Assembly (NCBI GenBank): GCA_963840035.1
Contig: CAWIXE010000003.1
Coordinates: 192,001 to 256,000 of the forward strand
Origin: a candidate division FCPU426 bacterium
Lineage (GTDB): Bacteria > Oederibacteriota > PGYV01 > Palsa-1178
DNA: 64,000 nucleotides
Direction of reading: 5' to 3'
Shown: positions 48,724 through 58,474 of the stretch, in pieces
Layout: each line of letters opens with the position of its first letter
How positions within the stretch are numbered: the first letter of the stretch is position 1
The notes under the pieces: generated by a model
Told to the model about the DNA's origin: nothing
Database searches by the model: none
Seen by the model: only the letters and a program-made list of their open reading frames with translations
Program-made: the position numbers and the translations under genes

Positions 48724-49651
48724 TGGTTTTCCTGTTCCTCGCCACTGACGCTAGTATCGCCACTGTCAGTATGCCCGCGATTATTGCAAGCGATACGACC
48801 GGCGTAATATGCACCCAGTGCTCAGCCAGCATCTTGCCGCCCACAAAAATAAGTATGAGGGCCAGGGCGTGGTGTATATAATAAAAAGAATCAACGGCGC
48901 CTGCCAGGACAAAGTACAAGGCGCGCAGCCCTAGTATGGCGAATATGTTTGAAGTGTAAATGATGTAAGGGTCAAGGGTTATGGCAAATATGGCCGGGAT
49001 GGAGTCAAAGGCAAATATAACATCAACAAAGTTTAATACTATAAATACCAGAAAAAGGCGCGTTAATTTTCTTTTGCCGTGTTCTACAGTGGTAAAATAA
49101 GGGCCGTCATAATTATGGGTGAAAGGAAGTGTTTTTGAGATAAACTTAACAAAAGGGGAGTCACCCGGGTTTTCCTTGGAGTCTTTGCTTACATATATCT
49201 TGATACCCGTATATATAAGGAAGGCTCCGAAAACATATATGAGCCAGCTGAACTTCTCTATCAGCCCTACGCCGGCAAATATAAAGAATCCGCGTAAAAC
49301 CATGGCCATGACTATGCCCCAGAAGAGGACCTTTTGCTGGTATTCTTTGGCAACCTTAAAGAAGGAAAAAATGGTGAGGAACACGAAAAGATTATCCACG
49401 GATAATGACTTTTCCACGATGTAGCCGGTAAAGTATTCTATGGCTTTTGTAGGGCCGTGGGCGACCAAGATAAAGACATTAAATAAAAGCGCAACCCCAA
49501 TCCAGACCACAGACATAATAACAGCTTCCCGCATTTTTATGACATGGCTTTTTTTCTGGAAAAGGCCAAGGTCGATCAAAAGGAGTATAACAATAAAAAG
49601 GTTGAAAAGCCCGAATTCAAGCCAGCTTTCAGACATATTTGCAAAGTGCAT
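48719..49651 (-). CDS. TerC/Alx family metal homeostasis membrane protein
   Basis: EKSLSVDNLFVF, FAFDSIPAI, YTSNIFAILGLRALYF. Confidence 0.93.
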   Translation of the reverse strand: MHFANMSESWLEFGLFNLFIVILLLIDLGLFQKKSHVIKMREAVIMSVVWIGVALLFNVFILVAHGPTKAIEYFTGYIVEKSLSVDNLFVFLTIFSFFKVAKEYQQKVLFWGIVMAMVLRGFFIFAGVGLIEKFSWLIYVFGAFLIYTGIKIYVSKDSKENPGDSPFVKFISKTLPFTHNYDGPYFTTVEHGKRKLTRLFLVFIVLNFVDVIFAFDSIPAIFAITLDPYIIYTSNIFAILGLRALYFVLAGAVDSFYYIHHALALILIFVGGKMLAEHWVHITPVVSLAIIAGILTVAILASVARNRKTR

Positions 49652-49825
49652 CTCGAAAACCTCCAGGTTAGTATGTCTTTAGATAATAGCATAAATAAGG
49701 AAAGGGGGGAACTGGAAAAAAAGGGGGGGTGACAATTGTCGATTGCAATACTGCCAGTCAACACAGTTTTGACATCAGGATGACTGCCAATGCGGTGTTG
49801 ATCATATTATCCCCAAAACGGTTAA

Positions 49826-49854
49826 TTGACAAAATATTTGACATACGTTATTAT
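49826..49854 (+). promoter_or_regulatory. Putative sigma70 promoter
   Basis: TTGACA-N17-TATTAT. Confidence 0.6.
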
Positions 49855-49902
49855 AGTTTGTAACGAATGGGGTTGATATCTAAGATAAAAATTGGAGGTA
49901 AT

Positions 49903-50310
49903 ATGAAAAAAATTTTTGTTTCAATGTTGATTGTTTTATCTGCATGTGTCTGCGGTTGTGGCACCATGAATAATGTTTTGGTAAAAGACGGTCCCGTCAA
50001 TATACCAATTAATTCCATGTACGTACAGCCCATCGGCATTGTACACAGTACCCAGACGGCGTCAAAGTTCCTCGGGTTTTCAGCTGGGTCTTTCGCTGAT
50101 TTTTACCTTATCCAATTTGGAGGAGTATCGTTTACCCAGCTTCTGGAAAAAGCCGTAAAAATGGGTGCTGATGACATAGTAAATGTAAAAATTGAAGCAG
50201 TTAGTTCAGGGCTGTTTTTTATATATAATCAGATAACATACGATGTCACGGCGCTTGCTGTAAGATACATAGTACCGAAGGAAATGCCGAAAGAACCTGT
50301 TAAAAAATGA
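49903..50310 (+). CDS. Hypothetical lipoprotein
   Basis: GGAGG RBS, lipobox-like CGC, GADDIVNVKI motif. Confidence 0.65.
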   Translation: MKKIFVSMLIVLSACVCGCGTMNNVLVKDGPVNIPINSMYVQPIGIVHSTQTASKFLGFSAGSFADFYLIQFGGVSFTQLLEKAVKMGADDIVNVKIEAVSSGLFFIYNQITYDVTALAVRYIVPKEMPKEPVKK

Positions 50311-50359
50311 TCTGTTTAGATTGAAAAAATGACGCAGAAGCAAAAGGGGTAAATATAAA

Positions 50360-51238
50360 ATGAAAAAAATACTAAATTTACTGTTTATTATTTCGTTTCT
50401 TTCCGGTATTGCTTCGGCCGCTGTATTTGAGGATGAAGCCGGAGAGATTCAAAGGACGAATGGTTTTATAGAGGCGGATGACACGACGCCTGTGAAGTCA
50501 AGAAAGAGCGAACCTACAGCCACGCCTGCGCCGAAAAATCAAGCTCCGTCTAATGGCATAGAAAAAAATACCGGAATAACAGAAACGGATGACCCGACCT
50601 CTGATAAATCAAAAAAACGCGAGACTTTGCCGGAATCTACGCAGGAGGAAAGCAAAAATAATGCAGTCGTTGTAGAGAGAAAAAATGAAAAAACAAGATC
50701 GAAATTTGAAGGTTTTTATTTTGGCTCAAAAGTTGGAGGAGGATATATAACCGGTTTGTACCCCGGAGTATCAGAATATGTTTTTAGCGGCGCACTTATG
50801 TGCCAGTATGTAGCCGCCGGTGAATGGTTTGCTTTATCGAGCGAGTTTACATATTTTCAGATCTTTGAAAATTCATCCTTCTTAACTTTTGACGAGTACG
50901 GAAATCAGCTGTCGTCCATTGATTTTTCGTCCGCTTACCATTATTTTCAGGTTCCTTTAATTGCGAAGTTTTCCATACCGTTGGATTTTCCTGTCAGGCC
51001 GTTTGTTACAATTGGAACCGGCATCAACTGTCTTTTCCTGGTCGAAGATACATACAGTGGGATGAAATATGTTACAAATAGCATGGATTTCAGCTGGGTA
51101 CAGGTTATGTTGGGGGCCGGGGTAGACTTCATGATTAACGGCAGCGGCGTTATAAATATTGAGGTAAGATTAGATAAAATGGTCCGTGTAATTGAAGGTG
51201 TCGGGTTGTTGAAAATAACCGCAGGGTATTATTTTTAA
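50360..51238 (+). CDS. Outer-membrane beta-barrel domain protein with a low-complexity N-terminal region
   Basis: Signal peptide, Y.QVPL..KF, RPFV..G.G, terminal GYYF. Confidence 0.75.
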   Translation: MKKILNLLFIISFLSGIASAAVFEDEAGEIQRTNGFIEADDTTPVKSRKSEPTATPAPKNQAPSNGIEKNTGITETDDPTSDKSKKRETLPESTQEESKNNAVVVERKNEKTRSKFEGFYFGSKVGGGYITGLYPGVSEYVFSGALMCQYVAAGEWFALSSEFTYFQIFENSSFLTFDEYGNQLSSIDFSSAYHYFQVPLIAKFSIPLDFPVRPFVTIGTGINCLFLVEDTYSGMKYVTNSMDFSWVQVMLGAGVDFMINGSGVINIEVRLDKMVRVIEGVGLLKITAGYYF

Positions 51239-51509
51239 AGTGTTATAATTGTTATTATAATCAAGGCCATTTAGAAATATATGAAGGGGACCGGACCTGT
51301 TTTGGTGCCAGGCGCAAAACTGCATTGAGGGATGTGTGGGAATTATTGTGCCGGTTTTGAGCCGCAGTAAGCGGCGGTTCTGCGAAAAGCTGACAACGCC
51401 AAACATCTGCTTTCCCCAAACAAAACCACTGTGAGTTTTTAAGGTTTAACGGGGATAATAATTGAAGTATAATTACGTTACAAGATGACAAAGCATAAGG
51501 AGGGGGGAA

Positions 51510-52763
51510 GTGGAAAAAAGAAAAATAAGTTTTGCTCCATTTTTTGTGTTTCTTTTAATGGCTTTGTTGCTGCCAAGTTGCATAAAAAATGTTCCAAATC
51601 CCACTAATCCAAGCCCGAAGCTGACCTCCATTGTGTTGTCATATACGCGTACAGCAACGTTGACCATTACGCAGACATCTACTATTACTCAGACACATAC
51701 GGTGTCACCGACAAAAACCATGTCACCAACAATTACAAATACCCCGCTTCCATTTATGCCAATAAAAGTTGCGGCGGGAGAATATCATAGTTTGGCTATA
51801 AAGGCTGATGGAACGTTGTGGGCTACGGGAAAGAATTTATATGGAGCACTTGGGACGGGCGATAATTCTGACAGGTATTCATTTGTTCAGGTACCAGGGA
51901 TGTCTGGCGTTGTGGAAATCGGCGCTGGATTGGATTACAGTATGGCTTTAAGGAATGATGGGACTTTGTGGACAACCGGGTGTGATTTTTATGGTGCGCT
52001 TGGGACCGGAGTAGCTGAGCATAGGAATACATACATCCAAGTACTTTCCGGGGTTAAAGCGATTGCTGCGGGATGGGGGCATAGTTTGGCGTTAAAAGAA
52101 GATGGAAGTCTTTGGGCTACCGGGCGTAATGTTGATGGCGCATTAGGCACGGGTGATAATAACGCACGCGGAGTTTTTGTGCAAGTTATGACCGGTGTAA
52201 GCGCCACAGCGGCAGGAGATGATCATAGTCTTGCATTAAAGTACGACGGGAGTCTATGGGCAACAGGCCTAAATAATTCAGGACAACTGGGAACTGCCGA
52301 TACCGTTAGTGTCAATAATTTCAGGCAGGTATTGACCGGAGTTGTTGATATGGATGGAGGACATGGTTTTACCTTGGCGCTAAAGAATGATCACAGCTTA
52401 TGGGCAACGGGCAGCGATTATTGTGGTGAAATCGGAGGGGGAGGACATATAAATTCTTTTGTACAGGTGTTAACCGGGGTAAGCGATATAGCGGCAGGAT
52501 CATTAACGAGTTTGGCGCTTATGGATAGCGGATATTTAGTTCTGGCAGGATGGCTAAGTTATGGATCCGGGGGAAGTTTGAACTGTAATCTCGGATTTGG
52601 CACTAGCAGTTTATATGTGACTGCGATAGCAATTGCATCAGGATGGCAACATAGTCTGGCAATAGCGTACAATGGACGATTGTGGGTGATTGGTTATAAT
52701 GAAAATGGGCAGCTGGGAACCGGAAATACTTTACAAAAAAATTATTTTTCGATTATTTATTGA
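51510..52763 (+). CDS. RCC1-repeat lipoprotein with a Thr-rich linker
   Basis: LPSC lipobox; repeated AAG..HSLALK.DG.LWATG.N..G.LGTG. Confidence 0.9.
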   Translation: MEKRKISFAPFFVFLLMALLLPSCIKNVPNPTNPSPKLTSIVLSYTRTATLTITQTSTITQTHTVSPTKTMSPTITNTPLPFMPIKVAAGEYHSLAIKADGTLWATGKNLYGALGTGDNSDRYSFVQVPGMSGVVEIGAGLDYSMALRNDGTLWTTGCDFYGALGTGVAEHRNTYIQVLSGVKAIAAGWGHSLALKEDGSLWATGRNVDGALGTGDNNARGVFVQVMTGVSATAAGDDHSLALKYDGSLWATGLNNSGQLGTADTVSVNNFRQVLTGVVDMDGGHGFTLALKNDHSLWATGSDYCGEIGGGGHINSFVQVLTGVSDIAAGSLTSLALMDSGYLVLAGWLSYGSGGSLNCNLGFGTSSLYVTAIAIASGWQHSLAIAYNGRLWVIGYNENGQLGTGNTLQKNYFSIIY

Positions 52764-52982
52764 TATAGTTTTTTTTGAGAATCCCAACACCATGCCTTGA
52801 CTCAAGACATTATAAAAAAATTCCCCTTATTCTATTAGCGCTTTGTCTAAAACTGCGTAAATAATGCTTATTTTATTATCCAGGGTAAACTAATAAAAAG
52901 TAAAACGGATACAATTAAGGTTGTGAAATTGGGCGTAATTTTAAAATAGAACTTTATTTTTTTACTTGTCATTTCTTGATTT

Positions 52983-53135
52983 GTAGAGCCGCTGCTTGTC
53001 GCGGCTCTGGGCTGAAACCGATGTTTCGGGCAGCCACCATGAACTACAAGGGTTCTTGGCAAGCAGAAGGGTACCCCTGCAGGAAGTGTAGGAATTTTAA
53101 TGGCAGCCTTGAGTCGCAGCAAGCGGCGGCTCTAC
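52983..53135. repeat. REPIN (two inverted GTAGAGCCGC REPs, about 100-nt spacer)
   Basis: gtagagccgctgcttgtcgcggctc ... gagtcgcagcaagcggcggctctac; relatives at 51359-51383 and 61453-61477. Confidence 0.8.
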
Positions 53136-53181
53136 GAAAGGCAGAACAGGCAAGCAACTTTTTTACACCAAACAAAACCCC

Positions 53182-53210
53182 TTGCCAAATCGTCTAATTG
53201 CAAATATAAT
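53182..53210 (+). promoter_or_regulatory. Putative sigma70 promoter
   Basis: TTGCCA-N17-TATAAT. Confidence 0.65.
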
Positions 53211-53219
53211 ATAGTAATA

Positions 53220-53297
53220 ATTCAGGATTCTGAATTCTAGATTTTGGATTGAAAACAGCAGAACTTATTTGGTATTTGTGATTTGGGATACGTGATT
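53220..53297 (+). repeat. Two direct 7-nt-period tracts (ATTYNGN) in a 5' leader
   Basis: attcagg attctga attctag attttgg att ... atttggt atttgtg atttggg atacgtg att. Confidence 0.7.
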
Positions 53298-53319
53298 GAC
53301 TATATACGGAGGTGGAGGC

Positions 53320-54348
53320 ATGTTTTTAGGTTTTACCGGGGCTAACGCGGCTGGCAAGGGCGAAGCCATAAAGTACCTTGTTGATAAGAAAAAATTCATT
53401 GCTTTCTCATTATCCGATATCATCCGGCAGGAAGCTGCCAAGCGCGGGCAGGAACCTGTTCGCGATGTTTTGATTGCCATCGGCAACGAGCTGCGCTCGG
53501 CCGAGGGGCCGGCGGTGCTGGCTAAGATGACCACCATGAAAATCAAGAATATGCCCCAGGCTGTAGTTGATTCCATAAGGAACCCTTTTGAAGTGGAAGA
53601 ACTGCGCAAATCCCTTAAAAATTTCAAGCTCATCGGCATAAACGCCTCTCCAAAGGTCCGCTTTGAGCGCGCTTTAAAGCGCGCGCGGCCGGGGGATCCC
53701 GCGACGCTGGAAGAATTCATGAAAAAGGAAGAAAAGGAAAATTCATCCGACCCCAACGCGCAGCAGCTTTCAAAGTGCTTTGAGATGTCAGACCTTAAAG
53801 TGGATAATTCAGGGTCGCCGGAAGATATGTTTAAACAAATCGATAAAATACTCGAGGACCTGAAGTATAACCCGTATGTAAGGCCAAGCTGGACAGAATA
53901 CTTTATGAAGATGGCTTATCTCGCGGCGGAGCGTTCCACCTGCATCAGGCACCATGTTGGAGCAGTCATTGTTAAGAACAACAAAGTGGTAAGCACCGGT
54001 TATAACGGGGCGGCGGCGGGGACTAAAGACTGTACGGAACTCGGGTGCCTGCGCGACCAGATGGGCATCGCCTCGGGCACTAGGCATGAGATATGCCGCG
54101 CCATACACGCTGAACAAAACGCAATAATCCAGGCGGCTCTGATGGGCACCACCACCGAAGGCGCCACAATATATTCCACCCATTCACCGTGCATCATCTG
54201 CGCGAAGATGGTGGTAAACGCCAAGATTAAAAAGTTCGTCACTTCAAAATACTACCCTGACAAGCAGTACGAGGACCTATTCAAGGAAGCCGGCGTGGAG
54301 TTTTCCATAGTTGAAAGGCCGCCTCTCGCGATAGACATCCTCGATTAA
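53320..54348 (+). CDS. Fusion of a P-loop (dephospho-CoA/NMP-kinase-like) domain and dCMP deaminase
   Basis: GANAAGKG Walker A, DSIRNP.E; RPSW.EYF, RSTC, STGYNG, HAEQNA, PCIIC. Confidence 0.88.
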   Translation: MFLGFTGANAAGKGEAIKYLVDKKKFIAFSLSDIIRQEAAKRGQEPVRDVLIAIGNELRSAEGPAVLAKMTTMKIKNMPQAVVDSIRNPFEVEELRKSLKNFKLIGINASPKVRFERALKRARPGDPATLEEFMKKEEKENSSDPNAQQLSKCFEMSDLKVDNSGSPEDMFKQIDKILEDLKYNPYVRPSWTEYFMKMAYLAAERSTCIRHHVGAVIVKNNKVVSTGYNGAAAGTKDCTELGCLRDQMGIASGTRHEICRAIHAEQNAIIQAALMGTTTEGATIYSTHSPCIICAKMVVNAKIKKFVTSKYYPDKQYEDLFKEAGVEFSIVERPPLAIDILD

Positions 54349-54355
54349 TAATAAT

Positions 54356-55171
54356 ATGAAGAGATTTTTAATTATGATAATGACATGCCTCCTGGGTTTT
54401 TCCTGCGCTAATGCCGGCGACGGTGTAAACGGTTCCGGACAGCGCGGGAGCGCTGTCCCTACAGCGGCTAACCGGCAGAAATACTACGAAAACATAAGCA
54501 CATACCTTGACGGGTATAAAAAAAAATATTTTGTTTATGTCAGTAAGACCGAGAAGAAGCTGTACCTGATTGACAGGACGCAGAAGGTGTGGAAAAGCTA
54601 CATGGTGGCCACGGGCGAGGCCGAAGGCGTTAAAATGTTCGTCGGAGACAGGAAAACCCCTTCGGGCGTTTATAAAATGACTCAGATATACCAGTACCAG
54701 CTGCCGTGGTACCTCTCGCAGATAGAGGAAAAAATGAAAATGTTCCAGCCTGATTCAGGGGAGTATTTATACTACCTGAAATATTACAGGGACCTGGAGA
54801 AGAAACACAGGCGCAACAGGCAAAAGATAACGGCGTTAAACTCTTCGTACTTAAGCGCGGAGCAGGGCCATGTAAAATTTGGCACTGATGAGGACCTGGG
54901 TTATAATGCCTACGGCCCGGTTTTCATGCGCATAGATTACCCTAACTACGATGATATAAAAAGATATAACCAGGCAATTGAAAACGGCGAAGTTCCTGAA
55001 AATGAAGACGGTGAGTATGTTTCCATGGGCGGAGGAATAGCCATCCACGGCACGAACGACACCCCGTCACTGGGCAATGACGCCTCCTCAGGGTGCGTGA
55101 GGATGGAGAATAACGACATACTTGAACTGAGCAATTATGTGAGTGAAGGGACTATGGTGGTGATAGAGTAA
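54356..55171 (+). CDS. L,D-transpeptidase (YkuD family)
   Basis: GDRKTPSG.Y, IDYPN, IAIHGT...SSGCVRM. Confidence 0.88.
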   Translation: MKRFLIMIMTCLLGFSCANAGDGVNGSGQRGSAVPTAANRQKYYENISTYLDGYKKKYFVYVSKTEKKLYLIDRTQKVWKSYMVATGEAEGVKMFVGDRKTPSGVYKMTQIYQYQLPWYLSQIEEKMKMFQPDSGEYLYYLKYYRDLEKKHRRNRQKITALNSSYLSAEQGHVKFGTDEDLGYNAYGPVFMRIDYPNYDDIKRYNQAIENGEVPENEDGEYVSMGGGIAIHGTNDTPSLGNDASSGCVRMENNDILELSNYVSEGTMVVIE

Positions 55172-55180
55172 AGTGATATC

Positions 55181-55279
55181 AGTTCGGAGGGTGAAGGGTG
55201 GAGTTCGGAGTTCAACAAAGGCCGTTGATTAAAGCGGTGTTCTGTTTGAACTTCGAACTTTACCCTTCGAACCCCGAAC
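55181..55279. repeat. Intergenic 7-nt-period inverted repeat (AGTTCGG/AGGGTGG family)
   Basis: agttcgg agggtga agggtgg agttcgg agttcaa ... ttgaact tcgaact ttaccct tcgaacc ccgaac. Confidence 0.87.
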
Positions 55280-55297
55280 GACTTAAAGGAGGCCTTT

Positions 55298-56281
55298 ATG
55301 GCTAAAGCAGTCAAGTTATCCGAAAAAGACAGGGAAAAATCAGAAAAACTGCAGAACGTATTTAAACAGGTTGAGAAAGTCATAGTCGGGCAGGAGCCCA
55401 TGATACGCGGGCTTGTTATGGGGCTATTGTCGCGCGGACATGTGCTTTTGGAAGGCGTGCCGGGGCTGGCGAAAACTCTGGCGGTAAAGACTCTCAGCCG
55501 CACCATATCGGCTAAATTTTCGCGCATACAGTTTACGCCTGACCTCTTACCGGCGGACTTAACCGGGACCAGGATTTATAACGCGCGCACGGGAGAGTTC
55601 TCCATATCCACAGGCCCGGTCTTCGCGAACATCGTGCTTGCCGATGAAATTAACCGCGCTCCTGCCAAAGTGCAGTCAGCGCTGCTTGAGGCCATGCAGG
55701 AAAAACAGGTGACCATAGGCGACAAGACATTCAAGCTTGAGGAGCCTTTCATCGTGCTTGCCACGCAGAACCCCATTGAGACCGAAGGCACTTACCCGCT
55801 GCCAGAGGCGCAGGTGGACAGGTTTTTAATGAAAGTCATAATTGACTACCCTACAAAGGAACAGGAAATAGAGATAATAAACAGGATGACAGTCGGCGCG
55901 GAAATGGAAGTGGATACGGTTTTAAAGCCGAAAGACATCATGGACATGAGGGAGATAGTAGACGCCATATATGTCGATGACAAGATAAAGCATTATGTGA
56001 CCGACCTGGTATTCGCCACGAGAAAGCCTGAGGAGTACAAGCTCCAGCTGGGGCACCTCATAGAATACGGCTGCTCGCCCAGGGCGTCAATCAACCTGAT
56101 TCTCGCGGCCAAGGCAAACGCTTTCATTAACGGCGAAGGCTATGTCTCGCCTGATGACGTGAAAGCCATAGTCTATGAGGTCTTAAGGCACAGGCTCATA
56201 CTCTCGTACGAGGCAGAGGCTGAGGAAGTAACGCCGGATAATGTGATTGAGCAGATTGTAAATAAGGTGAAGGTTCCGTAA
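55298..56281 (+). CDS. MoxR-family AAA+ ATPase
   Basis: HVLLEGVPGLAKT, RIQFTPDLLPAD, LADEINRA, ATQNPIE.EGTYPLPEAQ.DRF. Confidence 0.96.
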   Translation: MAKAVKLSEKDREKSEKLQNVFKQVEKVIVGQEPMIRGLVMGLLSRGHVLLEGVPGLAKTLAVKTLSRTISAKFSRIQFTPDLLPADLTGTRIYNARTGEFSISTGPVFANIVLADEINRAPAKVQSALLEAMQEKQVTIGDKTFKLEEPFIVLATQNPIETEGTYPLPEAQVDRFLMKVIIDYPTKEQEIEIINRMTVGAEMEVDTVLKPKDIMDMREIVDAIYVDDKIKHYVTDLVFATRKPEEYKLQLGHLIEYGCSPRASINLILAAKANAFINGEGYVSPDDVKAIVYEVLRHRLILSYEAEAEEVTPDNVIEQIVNKVKVP

Positions 56282-56286
56282 AAATA

Positions 56287-56367
56287 ATCCAGAGCCCAAA
56301 GCCCAAAGCTCAAGTGAAGGCGAAAGCAAACCCGTTTTTATCGCTACTTGGGCTATGGGCTTTGGGA
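56287..56367. repeat. AGCCCA[A/T] heptamer inverted repeat
   Basis: gcccaaa gcccaaa gctcaag ... cttgggc tatgggc tttggga. Confidence 0.87.
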
Positions 56368-56386
56368 CTTGTAGCCGGAAGGTCTT

Positions 56387-57271
56387 ATGATATCCAAAGA
56401 CATCCTTAAAAAGATAAAGCGCATAGAGATCACCACCCGCAGCCTTGTAAATACCGTATTGCAGGGCAATTACCTTTCATCTTTTAAAGGGCGCGGCATG
56501 GAGTTTGCCGAGGTGCGCGAGTACATGGAGGGCGACGATATACGGTCTATAGACTGGAATGTTACAGCCAGGATGAACACGCCTTACATAAAGAACTTCA
56601 TAGAAGAGCGCGAGCTGCAGGTGGTCTTTGCGGCGGACCTCTCGGGGTCCCTTGAGTTTGGCACTAAAGAATTGCTGAAAAAAGAGCTTATGTTCGAGTT
56701 CGTGGCGGCCATGGGGTTTACCGCCACTTTAAATAATGACCGCGTGGGGTTTATGGGGTTCTCCGCGGAGGCGGAAAAGTACATTCCGCCAAAAAAGGGG
56801 AGGAAACACGTCCTAAGGATTATCAGGGAAATCCTCTACCACCGCGGCAAGGACAGCGGGACAAACCTTTCCGCGTCGCTGGTTTACTTAAGCCACATCC
56901 TGAAAAAACGCTCCACTGTATTCATCGTCTCGGATTTTTACGACGACCACGATTATTACGACGCCCTGAAAATACTGCGGTTCCATCACGATGTAATAGC
57001 CGTGGTATTGCGCGACAGGAAGGATTATGCCCTGGATAACATCGGTTATGTGCCTTTTTACGACCCGGAGCAGGAGAAAACCGTATGGGTGGATACGGCA
57101 GACAAAGGCGCTGCGGCGAGATTCCTCAAAGCCAGCGAGGCTTCAGACAAAAAACTTTTAAAGACATTTAAGACCCTGGGAATAGACCACATGATTTTAA
57201 ACTGCGGCGAGCCGTATATAAACACGCTCATTACCTTTTTTAAGAAAAGGGAAAGAAGGAGGACCAGATGA
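56387..57271 (+). CDS. DUF58 domain protein
   Basis: G.GMEFAEVREY..GDD.R.IDWNVTAR, ERE, DLSGS, SDF. Confidence 0.93.
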   Translation: MISKDILKKIKRIEITTRSLVNTVLQGNYLSSFKGRGMEFAEVREYMEGDDIRSIDWNVTARMNTPYIKNFIEERELQVVFAADLSGSLEFGTKELLKKELMFEFVAAMGFTATLNNDRVGFMGFSAEAEKYIPPKKGRKHVLRIIREILYHRGKDSGTNLSASLVYLSHILKKRSTVFIVSDFYDDHDYYDALKILRFHHDVIAVVLRDRKDYALDNIGYVPFYDPEQEKTVWVDTADKGAAARFLKASEASDKKLLKTFKTLGIDHMILNCGEPYINTLITFFKKRERRRTR

Positions 57272-58275
57272 GGTTTGAAAACAGCGGGTTCCTCTTGATC
57301 GGAATCATAATAATCCTGGTTCTCATCGCCGGATTCCTGTGGCGGAACCTGAAACTCACAAAGCTGAATTTTTCCAATTTCGCGTCATTAAAGAAATCGG
57401 CGAGCCCCGTTAATTTTATGCACCTGCTGCCCGACATATTAAAAGTAATAGGAATAATCCTCCTTGTGATAGCGCTGCTGCGGCCGCAGGAAGTAAAAAA
57501 GGAAACCCAGGAAAAGATCAAGGGCATAGACATAATGCTGGCGCTTGATCTCTCAGGCTCCATGCAGGCGGATGACTTAAAGCCAAGCAGGGTGGAGGCG
57601 GCCAAGCAGGTTTGCAGGGAATTCGTAAGCGGACTTGTAAATGACCGCGTAGGGCTTGTGGTATTTGCCGGCAAGGCCTTTACGCAGTGCCCGTTAACCG
57701 TGGATTATGAAATAGTAAAAAGTTTCATTGACCAGGTGGATTTGCAGACCGTGCGCATAGACGGGACAGCCATGGGCGAGGCCATATTGACCGCGACAAA
57801 CAGGCTGGAAGCCTCAGGCGCCTCTAAAGTTATTATTTTAACCACAGACGGCGTAAACAACCGCAGCATAAACCCCCTTGAGGCGGCGAAAGTGGCGGCT
57901 TATAAAGGGGTAAAAATTTATACAATAGGCATAGGAAGAAAAGGCGGATCCCCGAGGCTGGTCATGGACCAGTTCGGGAATAAAAGACAGGCCATGGACC
58001 CGTACACCGGCCAGCTTATCAAATGGGAAGAGCCTGATGAGAACACTTTAAAGCAGGTGGCGGAATTAACAGGCGGGCAGTATTTCAGGGCCACAAGCGA
58101 AGCGAGTTTAAGGCAGATATATGATTTAATAGGGAAGATGGAGAAGCAGGACATACAGATAAAGACATATGAAAAGAAGAGGGATTTTTTCATCTATTTC
58201 CTATGGGCCGGGCTGATATTGCTGCTGGCCGCGCTGGGGCTGGAGGCTTTTAAGTATACGAGGGTAATTAGTTAA
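57268..58275 (+). CDS. VWA-domain protein (BatA-like)
   Basis: ALLRPQ, GIDIMLALDLSGSM (MIDAS), DRVGLVVF, LTTDG. Confidence 0.9.
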   Translation: MRFENSGFLLIGIIIILVLIAGFLWRNLKLTKLNFSNFASLKKSASPVNFMHLLPDILKVIGIILLVIALLRPQEVKKETQEKIKGIDIMLALDLSGSMQADDLKPSRVEAAKQVCREFVSGLVNDRVGLVVFAGKAFTQCPLTVDYEIVKSFIDQVDLQTVRIDGTAMGEAILTATNRLEASGASKVIILTTDGVNNRSINPLEAAKVAAYKGVKIYTIGIGRKGGSPRLVMDQFGNKRQAMDPYTGQLIKWEEPDENTLKQVAELTGGQYFRATSEASLRQIYDLIGKMEKQDIQIKTYEKKRDFFIYFLWAGLILLLAALGLEAFKYTRVIS

Positions 58276-58279
58276 GCAT

Positions 58280-58445
58280 AGGGATAGCGAGACAAGAGAT
58301 AGGAGACAGGAAGAAGAAAGGCAAAAAAATGACGAGACAAGAGACTGGGGAAAAGCATGAGGGAATACGAGACAAGAGACCGGAGACAGGAAAGACAGCG
58401 GGACGCGTTGTGTTTTGTTTTACTCCTGTCTCCAGTCTCCTGTCT
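58280..58445. repeat. GAGAC[A/C/T][A/G] heptamer element with three left-arm blocks and one inverted arm
   Basis: cgagacaagaga occurs three times; right arm tactcctgtctccagtctcctgtct; related to 25464. Confidence 0.87.
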
Positions 58446-58474
58446 GCCTTTGCTTTCCTCCATGGAGGATTTTA

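Noticed and set aside
49652..49800. yybP-ykoY riboswitch upstream of the terC/alx-like gene
   Set aside because: I could not recognise the conserved motifs by eye; an Infernal search would be needed.
52868..53197. Short ORFs over the REPIN region
   Set aside because: They are translations of repeat DNA with no RBS or family motif.
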